Origin: a virus
Length of the DNA: 64,000 nucleotides
Strand: one strand, 5' to 3'
IMG/VR virus record: IMGVR_UViG_3300047160_020067
Coordinates: 27,848-91,847 of that record
Of this stretch, positions 55,615 through 64,000 are shown piece by piece. Below the pieces are notes generated by a model, which was given only the letters and a program-made list of their open reading frames with translations, ran no database searches and was not told the DNA's origin. Position 1 is the first letter of the stretch. Each line of letters opens with the position of its first letter. A program made the position numbers and the translations under genes.

Positions 55615-57090
55615 CTATCTCCGGTGTAGGTCTAAATTAAACTGAGTGATTTTGCGTTCACCCTGCCGCGAGGCCTCACGACACAACCACGCCGCCATTA
55701 TACGGTCACCAGTATGGTCCTTTGGGTCGTAATCGAGCATCTCTTGCACCCACTTTGCCAACTCTGTATCCATACGGCCACCAATATTTGGAATGATCCA
55801 ACGTCCGCGGTGCATTTCACCTGCAATGCTCTCAACACCATACTCAGGATTGATTTTATTTCGCCCCGTTGTAAACCCACGAATCGGAACACGAGTGCGG
55901 CGCTGCGTTTGCTCGACTAAGAATGCTTGACCGCTATTATCTTCGACCATAACGCATGTTGCCTGGAACCGCTCACCGGCAGCAATAACTCGACGAATGA
56001 TATCCTCACCGTGCCACTTACCCGACTCAATATGTAAAACCTCCAAGCTATGATCGCGATGCTCCAACACAACAAAGATAACAGTTGGGTCGGCGCTATC
56101 CTTAGCGCGTACGCCAAGGTCAACGCCAATCCATACGTTATAACCAGCCGGCAACGTCCGAGCTATACCGTGAGAAATCATATGACCCTGTGTAAACCGC
56201 ACCGCATTAATTGGCTGTACTTGCGCGTCACCTCGCCCAAGCGCAACCTCAATCCATTCACGCTTAAAACGCGCATCCTCATTAGAACGCGGCTCGCACA
56301 TATACTGCCGATTCCATTCAATCGGCGTCATGATACTTTCACGCTGGTGGATTCGCGAAAGAGGCCATTGCTGCGGCCATGTTGGTTGACCGTTAGCATC
56401 CTTAATTGGAAACTTCTGCATTTGGTAACCCTGCAATGCCGCCAATCGATGTAGCACGTCGTCTCGGTAAAACGGAGTACCAACTGCTAACACACGACAA
56501 TTCGCAGATTGCGGACCAATCAACGCAGATTGAAGCCAACTCCAGGTATCATTCCGTGACCGCTCAGTCATACAGTTTTCGTAATCGAGAATGTCGTCCA
56601 AAATTAACAGATCAAACCGAGCACCTTGAATGTTACCGTGAACACCAAACGCGACCACACTAGGATCTTTTGCAGTAGTGTTGTCCTTTTTAATGTGCAG
56701 CTTGGTCAACGTCCATGGACCATTCGGATCAGGAAGAAGCTGTGGAAATACATTTCGCAGTTCTTGTGAACTCTCAATGTACTTCGCAATGACGCGAACA
56801 ATCTTACTCGCTTGATCCGTCGTGTTGGAAACAATAGCCACGCGAAGATTAGGATTGTTTCCTAAAGCAAAAAGTGTTCTAACTATTGTTAATTGTTGAG
56901 TTTTTCCGGCTTCGCGGTGCGCCATGAGAACAGCAAACTGATGTGAATCAACAAAGGCGTGCCATCTACGATGGACAACTCCTTGTGTAATGCGTCCTCC
57001 AGTTGCCTCATCTCGTAAGACATAAGCCGCAAATGCGTTAATATCCTTTCGCGCTAAGTTAACAACCTGCGTAGATACAGCAGTACTCAT
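55615..57090 (-). CDS. terL: Terminase large subunit
   Basis: AHREAGKT Walker A, GARFDLLILDD Walker B, VGTP, GVDLG RuvC-like nuclease. Confidence 0.9.
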   Translation of the reverse strand: MSTAVSTQVVNLARKDINAFAAYVLRDEATGGRITQGVVHRRWHAFVDSHQFAVLMAHREAGKTQQLTIVRTLFALGNNPNLRVAIVSNTTDQASKIVRVIAKYIESSQELRNVFPQLLPDPNGPWTLTKLHIKKDNTTAKDPSVVAFGVHGNIQGARFDLLILDDILDYENCMTERSRNDTWSWLQSALIGPQSANCRVLAVGTPFYRDDVLHRLAALQGYQMQKFPIKDANGQPTWPQQWPLSRIHQRESIMTPIEWNRQYMCEPRSNEDARFKREWIEVALGRGDAQVQPINAVRFTQGHMISHGIARTLPAGYNVWIGVDLGVRAKDSADPTVIFVVLEHRDHSLEVLHIESGKWHGEDIIRRVIAAGERFQATCVMVEDNSGQAFLVEQTQRRTRVPIRGFTTGRNKINPEYGVESIAGEMHRGRWIIPNIGGRMDTELAKWVQEMLDYDPKDHTGDRIMAAWLCREASRQGERKITQFNLDLHRR

Positions 57091-57097
57091 GACACGT

Positions 57098-57280
57098 TCA
57101 CTTCTTTTTTGATAAACGTTTAAGCGCAGCTAAATCAATCGGCGAGGATTCATGCGCCGGGGGAGGTTCTGGAGTCATTTTACCGCTCCACTCACAAATG
57201 TAAACATTAGGTTTACGATGACGCTGAAAAATAGCGTTCATCACTAGCGGCACATCTTGGCCGCAACCTGGACATTTCAT
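57098..57280 (-). CDS. Small Zn-finger protein
   Basis: CPGC...H...C. Confidence 0.45.
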   Translation of the reverse strand: MKCPGCGQDVPLVMNAIFQRHRKPNVYICEWSGKMTPEPPPAHESSPIDLAALKRLSKKK

Positions 57281-57661
57281 TGATCGAGCGCGCGATCAAT
57301 TTGTTCTTTTGCACCATCAACGGCGTCCGGAGCGTTTTTAGCAAACGATTTACCATATTCAGATTCAGCTTTATAGATCATTGAATCGCCACCGTCGACC
57401 GAGGTCTTATCATCCACAAAACGAGTGGCCTCATCTATTTTAATATCTACGCCTCTGTGCTTAATCATGACTTTCCTTTCTGGCGTCTTTGCCGACGCTG
57501 TTTTTCTGCTTCTTCTTGCGCCTCCCAACAATCTCGACATATGAAGGCAGAACAGCCAAGAGCTGGATGATCTGAGCAGTATTTTGACGCTCGACAATCC
57601 TGACAATCAGGATCAGTTTGGGCAATGCGTTTGCATTGCCAACATTTCACATCGCGAGGTT

Positions 57662-58021
57662 TCATTCCACAGCCTCAATCCCTAACATGTTAGCGAAACC
57701 ATCAGGCCCGCCCAAACGAAACGCCGCAGCCAACTCAGGCGGTAACCCAGATAATGCCACAACCAAATTGAAAGGGCAGTTACGCGCCGGCGCTGGTAGT
57801 GCAGCACATACGAGTACTACACCATCCTCAACAGAAAAGCGCGCACTAGGACGTAAGTACATACCATGCTGACGACACTTAGGCCACATCGTCGGCAACG
57901 AGCCGCCCCAATTCTCCATCGGTGTACGCAATGGTTTAGACCTCACATAGGTTGAACGAGATGTCTTCCCGCCCATCATAGACCGTCGAGCCTGAGAAGT
58001 TTTACGCTTACTGGCGCCCAT
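57662..58021 (-). CDS. Hypothetical Cys-containing protein (RLGG family)
   Basis: ELAAAFRLGG tail. Confidence 0.45.
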   Translation of the reverse strand: MGASKRKTSQARRSMMGGKTSRSTYVRSKPLRTPMENWGGSLPTMWPKCRQHGMYLRPSARFSVEDGVVLVCAALPAPARNCPFNLVVALSGLPPELAAAFRLGGPDGFANMLGIEAVE

Positions 58022-58078
58022 ACTCGCTTCTCGAGTATTTATTCTTTACTTGATTACCGAGTACGCCACCACGCTGCA

Positions 58079-58336
58079 TCATTTGCGCTTTTTCCTTTTA
58101 CGATTCCAACGCGCGCAAGAACAACGGCGTAGGCGTCGTGATTTACCAATACGCAAATGAATAGGGCATGGAATAAATCCAGGCGAATCCCCGTTAAACT
58201 TTTTCTTGATGCGGCGACGCCACCAAGCAAAACCCCAAGCCGTATGCCAAATCGTAACGTACCAAAGAATGCAACACCACGGCACCCCAGAATGTAACCC
58301 GCAACGAAGATCCTCTAAAGCCGGACGAGGACGCAT
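58079..58336 (-). CDS. Hypothetical basic Cys-rich protein
   Basis: GLHSGVPWCCILWY...IPCPIH. Confidence 0.5.
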   Translation of the reverse strand: MRPRPALEDLRCGLHSGVPWCCILWYVTIWHTAWGFAWWRRRIKKKFNGDSPGFIPCPIHLRIGKSRRLRRCSCARWNRKRKKRK

Positions 58337-58533
58337 TATTTACACCTACGTTTAGGCGGAAGTCGCCAGGACGTAACCGTATATCCCCCCAATCGATACA
58401 TTGCCAATTCATCCTCCGTGGCCAGACGCTCATAACCACAAACTTCAATTACACACTTCCACGTACGATAGGGCAAAAGCATAAAGAGAGGTTCATGAAG
58501 CGGATAGCACACTGGACAATGCGGCCTATCCAT
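58336..58533 (-). CDS. Zn-ribbon protein (RLGG family)
   Basis: MDRPHCPVC...ELAMYRLGGY. Confidence 0.55.
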   Translation of the reverse strand: MDRPHCPVCYPLHEPLFMLLPYRTWKCVIEVCGYERLATEDELAMYRLGGYTVTSWRLPPKRRCK

Positions 58534-58708
58534 CGATCGGCGGCTCCCAAGGATAAAAACCCCCCAAGCGCCAATAGGCCAACTCCTCAGGTAGGGCTAA
58601 ACGGATAACCCCCTGATTCAAGCAGTACGAAACCTCACAATACCAATGCTCAAAAATGAGTGAAAACAAAGCATGATTACCGCAGCTGGGACAACGAGGA
58701 CGCTCCAT
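58526..58708 (-). CDS. Zn-ribbon protein (RLGG family)
   Basis: MERPRCPSC...ELAYWRLGGF. Confidence 0.55.
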   Translation of the reverse strand: MERPRCPSCGNHALFSLIFEHWYCEVSYCLNQGVIRLALPEELAYWRLGGFYPWEPPIDG

Positions 58709-58724
58709 TATAGCTCTACCTCGC

Positions 58725-59171
58725 TCACAGCCCAGCGTCTTTCAATTTTGAATCTACCAAAGTCACATTGGCCCAAGATGGATCAAGATGATTAGGGTCA
58801 TCATGACCAGCTCGCCAAAGAATATAGTGGTTTAGCTCATGCGTGTATGCCGAATCATAAAAGTTCCCGCGCCAGGCAACCATTATCTTTTGCGAATCCG
58901 GAAGAAACAACCCAGAATAGCATGTACCTTGATAAATGACTGCCGTTCGGTCATAGCCAGGGCAATTAACGTCACTCCATTCAATCCACGGCGCCGGACC
59001 AACCTGCTTCAATCCACTGTTCCATGCGAGCTTCTCAGCCGCGCATTGATTCGGCTTGCCAGCTGTACAATCCTTACTGACGGCCCTTTGGCTCGCAGCA
59101 ACGGACTTAAGAGTACCGCAACCGCTAATCGTGAGTGAAATACCAAGTAACCAAATGGCACTGCGTAACAT
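58725..59171 (-). CDS. Lipoprotein with HExxH zincin motif
   Basis: Lipobox ISGC; YTHELNH. Confidence 0.6.
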   Translation of the reverse strand: MLRSAIWLLGISLTISGCGTLKSVAASQRAVSKDCTAGKPNQCAAEKLAWNSGLKQVGPAPWIEWSDVNCPGYDRTAVIYQGTCYSGLFLPDSQKIMVAWRGNFYDSAYTHELNHYILWRAGHDDPNHLDPSWANVTLVDSKLKDAGL

Positions 59172-59487
59172 AAGCCATCCTCCAATTCGTTTCGACGCTT
59201 ACGTATTGGCTAGTTTTACCAGGAATCCTTAAGGTGTAATAAAAAATATTACACTCCAACCGCGCCTCAATCGGCTCAAAAAATGGATTATCGACTCGAG
59301 CCAGCTTGGTGTACTCCCATCGCATAACCATTCCCGATGGATGGGACATTACCGGATAGCGGCGAACTAGCTCAGTCACCTGTGGAGCAGTTGCAGCCCC
59401 AGAATAGGCAATCTGCCCATTAAACCATGCGCCACATCCCGTAACGGCCAAAGATAGAAAGCACAATAGTCCTAACGTCTTGCCCAT
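59125..59487 (-). CDS. Lipoprotein
   Basis: Lipobox VTGC; GAGGAGG RBS. Confidence 0.6.
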   Translation of the reverse strand: MGKTLGLLCFLSLAVTGCGAWFNGQIAYSGAATAPQVTELVRRYPVMSHPSGMVMRWEYTKLARVDNPFFEPIEARLECNIFYYTLRIPGKTSQYVSVETNWRMAYVTQCHLVTWYFTHD

Positions 59488-59691
59488 TTACACCTCCTCA
59501 TATCCTTTTAATCTATAGGTCGCCATTACTCTCTTGCCTTGCTCGGAATGCATGGAGATTGCCATCGTCCATTGTGTTGGCTAAAACGCGTTTCGAATCA
59601 ACTCAAATGTATGTGTATATGTATTATATTTTATTCAATATGACCATTTTTGCTCAAAATTTTTAAAAATTTTATACGTTTTGGGGGCTGT

Positions 59692-60645
59692 CTAAGTTGT
59701 GGTCGGCGGCGGCGTACCCCCCTCCCCACCCCCATTCTCATTTCCCGAATCTTGGCCGGGGCCTAAAAGCTTCTGCTCTTCCTCATGAGCGAGTAGTATG
59801 CGAGCCTCGTGCAGGGCGTCCTCATAGTTGACGTTGACCTGCGTAGGTCCTGCTGATGCTACCTGTACGGTAACACCATGCTGGTCGGGTATGGTGATGC
59901 GTTGTACCCTGTGGAGCTCGCGGGTGGCTGCAGCATGGGCAGTCCAGGCGCCTTCCTTAGCGTAGCGCCTGCGGTCCTCATATAACCTAGCTGCTGCTTG
60001 ACCTCGTAACTCCTCTAAACCTTTGGAAGCTTCTTCCTTCCAGCGTTTTCGTATGAGGATACAGTCCTCCCGTATGACGCGCTCACATGCGGTGTGGACC
60101 CGCTGCACGATCTCCACCACGTTGGAAACACTAGTGCCTTCGATGAGTAGACGCTCTACCAAAAGCCGCCTGCGGTCTACCTCGGCCTGCGAACGCCGCT
60201 TACCGCCCGGAGGTCGATGGCGCACCTTTGCGGCGATTGTAGGCGATCCTGGAGCGTTTGGCGCACTATGTAGGTCGGATAGGGCGATGTCGTTTTTTTC
60301 CTGGACAGCCAGGCTGGGGGAGAGGTGCTGCTTTTCAGACCCCAGCCGTGTAGGCGTATTGTCCGGCTGCGTAGGCATATTGTCTAATCGCATGGGCAAT
60401 ATGCCCAGCCGCGTATCTAGCTGCTGCGTACCATCTTTCGACATATCCTTCTTTCGGGTGCTGCCGTCCTTCCTGGTACCGCCCTTTCGCTTAGCTCTCT
60501 CTTCCCCACTAGCACTAGCACTAGCTGTTAAGCTGTCCCCATTACTACTATTGCTATCCGACTCTTCCTCATCCACCGACTCGTCTAACTCCCCTGAATC
60601 CTTCGTTGAGCCAAAAGCGACTTCGTGCGGAGTACGCATATTCAA
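59692..60645 (-). CDS. Candidate terminase small subunit
   Basis: Disordered N-terminus then an HTH-like segment (VERLLIEGTSVSNVVEIV..ERVIREDC) and helices; upstream of terL. Confidence 0.5.
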   Translation of the reverse strand: MNMRTPHEVAFGSTKDSGELDESVDEEESDSNSSNGDSLTASASASGEERAKRKGGTRKDGSTRKKDMSKDGTQQLDTRLGILPMRLDNMPTQPDNTPTRLGSEKQHLSPSLAVQEKNDIALSDLHSAPNAPGSPTIAAKVRHRPPGGKRRSQAEVDRRRLLVERLLIEGTSVSNVVEIVQRVHTACERVIREDCILIRKRWKEEASKGLEELRGQAAARLYEDRRRYAKEGAWTAHAAATRELHRVQRITIPDQHGVTVQVASAGPTQVNVNYEDALHEARILLAHEEEQKLLGPGQDSGNENGGGEGGTPPPTTT

Positions 60646-60647
60646 CT

Positions 60648-60676
60648 ACTTAACCGACTAGAGTAGAGCTTGTCAA
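60648..60676 (-). promoter_or_regulatory. Possible sigma70-like promoter
   Basis: TTGACA-17 nt-TTAAGT; the -10 match is weak. Confidence 0.3.
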
Positions 60677-61309
60677 TAGGGGGATGGGAGATAACGACTC
60701 ATTCTCGCTAGCAATCCGAATAGGCCGAACGGTAATCCTGGCCGGTGCTAGGAAGGGCTAAATTGGAAAAATTCCCATGCGGCGAAGATAGGCTGCTAAA
60801 CCGTGCGCCAAACGCGCTCAGGCAGGGCTAGGGGCGTTCCGGTTAGGCTGTGGACCGCGTCTGTGCAAGGCTGCTACGCGAGTGCCTCACCGCAATTCGC
60901 GCAGTACGCGCCGTTGAACTGCTGTCTCGAGATCGAGCTCGATCCCAACGACACTGAGTACGACCGGCTTGTCGCCGACTATCAGCGTCAAGTTTGAAGA
61001 TGGAACCGAGGTGCTTTCGTGAGCGCGCTCCGCGAGTACGTCTTCACGATCACCCTACGACGGCGCCGGTCGCGGGGCGAGCTGCCGCCGGGCGTGTTCG
61101 CGCTGGTGCCAGGCGGCGCTGATGACGATGATAATAAGAGAATCCAGGTGGCGGTTGCCCTACCCACAACCATTCCGTCCGAGCGACTCGAACGCGTGTA
61201 TTTTGAGGAGCACTCCGCCGATGGTAGGGGAGATGGAGGTAAGACGGGTCGTATTAGGCTTGCAGCAGTCCACGATATTTCGCTCTAGTATCAGCGGTTT
61301 GAACAAGGC

Positions 61310-61564
61310 TTGTCATTGGTGCGCTCTAACATTAGAATAGGTGAAGTGAAGCAGATCGACGCCAAGGACGCTGCGAAGCTTACTGGACTGGTATACGGCG
61401 TACGCGCAGGCCAGCGCGTGACCAGCAAAGTCGTCGAAGAGGCGAAGTTCAAGGGTACCTTTGCGCGGGAAGTCGCACGCGCGCTCGCTAAGCAACCCGG
61501 CGTCAGCGCTGATGCTCGTACAATCGCTAACGACCTTCTCTCGATTGTTCCAGAGCGCAAGTAA
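61310..61564 (+). CDS. Hypothetical protein
   Basis: Plausible composition; start uncertain. Confidence 0.35.
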   Translation: MSLVRSNIRIGEVKQIDAKDAAKLTGLVYGVRAGQRVTSKVVEEAKFKGTFAREVARALAKQPGVSADARTIANDLLSIVPERK

Positions 61565-61687
61565 AGCAGCTTCCAGCAGAGTCGGCTTGCTCGACGCGCA
61601 GGCCTGAGCGGGCCCACGCGCCCCTACTCGGCCTGCCGGCTGCGATCGAGCCTACAGGCTTGCCAACCGGTGTACGGGATCGACGTG

Positions 61688-61900
61688 CTATCGCTCCACC
61701 GCTGGCTTCCAACCCTTTGCCCTGGCTTTTTCTTCGAGGCGGGCGAGTTCTTCTTCCATCTCTCGAAGTTCGCGATCCTGCTCCTCGGCGGCGCTGCCAC
61801 CGCGCAGGCAATAGGGAAGCATGCGCACGTAACGCGCGTCCCTCTCGATACTCTCCCAGAACGCGCGCGCCTCCGGCGTGTCCATGACCTTATGGATCAT
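61688..61900 (-). CDS. Hypothetical coiled-coil protein
   Basis: AAGGAG RBS upstream. Confidence 0.45.
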   Translation of the reverse strand: MIHKVMDTPEARAFWESIERDARYVRMLPYCLRGGSAAEEQDRELREMEEELARLEEKARAKGWKPAVER

Positions 61901-62238
61901 TTCTGGATCTCCTCCTTTTTCTTCTCAATGTCCTGCTTGAGCAAGAGGGGCGGCAATGTTGGCGGCAACGGACTGCTCGCGATGTATGTAGGTACTGGGC
62001 AACATCGCCATGATCACATGTCATAGATCGCGCCTGCTCCAGGTCAGTAAGCAAGTGCCGTCGGTTTCGGCGCTCGAAGAACCACACCAGCGCCGCGCAC
62101 GTCAAAAGTATGATTGGTACGATCATTGGGTAACCTTCTGCCAACTGTAACGAAGATTGTGACTTTCGCACGGGTTATCACGCGTGCACGGTTTGCTTTG
62201 GCCATATTGCCACATTGGATTCTCCGAGCCTCCATTTG

Positions 62239-62862
62239 CTATCCCTTTTCCGCAACTAGAGACGCCGGGATTAGGTTGCGGGTAATTTTGGCGCATTCGT
62301 TGAGGATTCTGGCGGCGGCATTGACGGTGGCATCGGCGGCATAGGTGGCGGCATAGGCGGCATTGGCGGCGGCATAGGCGGCATTGGCGGCTCTGGCGGC
62401 ATAGGCGGCGGCATTGGCGACATTGGCGGCGGCATAGGCGGCATGGGTTGCGGCTCTGGCGGCGTCGGCGGCATTGGCGGCGGCTCTGGCGGCATCAGCG
62501 GTGTTGGCGGCGGCATAAGCGGTTCTGGCGGCATAAGCGGCGGCATAGGCGGCATCACCGGCGGCATAGGCGGCGGCATTGGCGGCTTCCTCTACCTCTT
62601 CCAGAATAGCCTCGTTGCGGCACCACGCCTCTGCGGCCTCAATGGCCTTTAAGGGGCGGCTTTCGCCTTTGGGGACGTGCGGCAGAGCTAGCCGTGCACA
62701 GGCTGCCGCGGCTTGGACCACGAGGCGGCGGTCTATTCCTATTTCTGCGGCTTTACGCAGCATCCAACTGCCGTTGCGGCAGGTTTTCCACGCCGCTGCG
62801 GCGGGTGCCGCAGAAAAGGATTCATAAGTTGCGGCCTTCGTGAATGTTTTTGTTGTTGTCAT
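62239..62862 (-). CDS. Imm5-like domain protein with Ala-rich AA[YND]A repeats, copy 1
   Basis: AAACARLALPHV..ESRPLKAIEAAEAW followed by repeats; start placed at MTTTK. Confidence 0.7.
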   Translation of the reverse strand: MTTTKTFTKAATYESFSAAPAAAAWKTCRNGSWMLRKAAEIGIDRRLVVQAAAACARLALPHVPKGESRPLKAIEAAEAWCRNEAILEEVEEAANAAAYAAGDAAYAAAYAARTAYAAANTADAARAAANAADAARAATHAAYAAANVANAAAYAARAANAAYAAANAAYAATYAADATVNAAARILNECAKITRNLIPASLVAEKG

Positions 62863-63550
62863 ACTTTCATACCCATGCACATTAAGTGCCAACACGCAGA
62901 CTCAATAAGATACGCTGTTTAGTTGCAATGAAAGTTCAGACTTGTTGCAAAGCTTGCCACTGCGTGGCGTAAGTGATTGAACGCAGAGTGCCTAACTTGC
63001 CACGGTGGTGGGGTTATTTTGCTACATTCAGGCGCCGATTCCTTTTTAGCCATTACGTTTCTTCCAACTTGGCGAGAGCTGTATACTTCATGCGCTTAAT
63101 CTCCATTCAGAATCATGTGCTGCGACCAAATCCACAGTGATGAATTTCCTAACAATATTGGCGCATTCGTTGAGGATTCTGACGGCGGCATAGGCGGCGG
63201 CATCGGCGGCATAGGTGGCGGCATCGGCGGCATTGACGGCGGCATAGGCGGCGGCATCGGCGGCATAGGTGGCGGCATCGGCGGCATAGGCGGCGGCATT
63301 GACGGCATTGGCGGCGGCATAGGCGGCATAAGCGGCTCTGGCGGCACAAGCGGCTCTGGCGGCACAAGCGGCGTCGGCGGCGTTGATGGCGGCTTCCTCT
63401 ACCTGTTCTAGAGTAGCCTCGTTGCGGCACCACGCCTCTGCGGCCTCAATGGTCTTTAAGGGGCGGCTTTCGCCTTTGGGGACGTGCGGCAGAGCTAGCC
63501 GTGCACAGGCTGCCGCGGCTTGGACCACGAGGCGGCGGTCTATTCCTATT
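62581..63550. repeat. Direct repeat 62581-62743 / 63388-63550
   Basis: 163 nt with 4 mismatches, offset 807 nt. Confidence 0.9.
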
Positions 63551-63642
63551 GTGGCGGCTTTCCGCAACATCCAATCGCCTCGGTCACACAAATTCCAAGT
63601 GTCATAGGACGATAATGCAGCAAACTCCTCATAGGTCCGCAT
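63088..63642 (-). CDS. Imm5-like domain protein with Ala-rich repeats, copy 2
   Basis: Near-identical core to copy 1; start placed at MRTYEE. Confidence 0.7.
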   Translation of the reverse strand: MRTYEEFAALSSYDTWNLCDRGDWMLRKAATIGIDRRLVVQAAAACARLALPHVPKGESRPLKTIEAAEAWCRNEATLEQVEEAAINAADAACAARAACAARAAYAAYAAANAVNAAAYAADAATYAADAAAYAAVNAADAATYAADAAAYAAVRILNECANIVRKFITVDLVAAHDSEWRLSA

Positions 63643-63827
63643 TGCGTTCAACTTTATCTTAACCGGTCTTAACCGGTTTCTTTGGACGTCCACCCTTCTT
63701 ACCATTCTCACGTGCGGCTTTAGCTTTAGCGTTGCTCTTAACGCTACCGCCGATACATCCAAGTATCGATGCTATTTGAGTCATCGTAGGAGGACGCAAC
63801 ACAAATTCATCAAGTGAATTCTTATGT

Positions 63828-64000
63828 TTACGCGGCATTCGCTACTCCAAGCCGCCAAGCGCTATCGGCTACCGCAACCGCCTCTATTGGAATCAGCCGC
63901 CTAACGATTGCGGCGCATTCGTTGAGGATTCTGGCGGCGGCATAGGCGGCGGCATCGGCGGCATAGGCGGCATTGGCGGCGGCATAGGCGGCATCAGCGG
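63828..64000 (-). CDS. Ala-rich repeat protein, copy 3 (5' part outside window)
   Basis: ...ADAAYAAANAAYAADAAAYAAARILNECAAIVRRLIP... Confidence 0.65.
   Translation of the reverse strand, partial: ADAAYAAANAAYAADAAAYAAARILNECAAIVRRLIPIEAVAVADSAWRLGVANAA

Noticed and set aside
62271-63433. Pro/Met-rich, Gly/Ile-rich and Cys/Arg-rich ORFs
   Set aside because: These are alternative frames or the antisense of the GCC repeat tracts; only the Ala frame carries the conserved domain.
62239-64000. Diversity-generating retroelement TR/VR
   Set aside because: No reverse transcriptase is in the window, differences are not adenine-only, and tract lengths differ.
1-64000. tRNA, rRNA, integrase or repressor genes
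   Set aside because: None were recognised by eye; lifestyle and host cannot be assigned from this window beyond a probable diderm host.

Overview
A 64 kb segment of a contractile-tailed (myovirus-like) dsDNA phage. Most genes are on the minus strand. From about 60.6 kb down to 7.8 kb run a candidate small terminase, large terminase, portal, minor head protein, scaffold, major capsid, neck genes, tail sheath, tail tube, frameshifted tail chaperones, tape measure, baseplate, many fibre-like proteins and a lysis cassette with spanin-like genes (diderm host). The head module carries many accessory genes: peptide deformylase, two trypsin-like proteases, a metallophosphoesterase, a HAD protein, HNH proteins and a HiPIP-like Cys protein. 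A short plus-strand nucleotide cluster (thyX, endonuclease VII, MazG-like, tmk) lies at 4.9-7.8 kb. The most notable locus is at 2.2-4.1 kb. A Nop-domain protein without a recognisable nuclease domain (TasA-like) is followed by a 36-nt dual-repeat TIGR-type guide array (9-nt repeat/9-nt spacer). The array is interrupted by a putative SAM-dependent methyltransferase gene, suggesting an RNA-guided methylation module reminiscent of box C/D RNPs (inference). Other highlights are a roughly 420-nt highly structured non-coding region after the capsid gene, a probable AUC start for the tail tube gene, and three tandem Imm5-like genes with variable Ala-rich repeats. All family assignments come from motif recognition by eye; no database searches were run.
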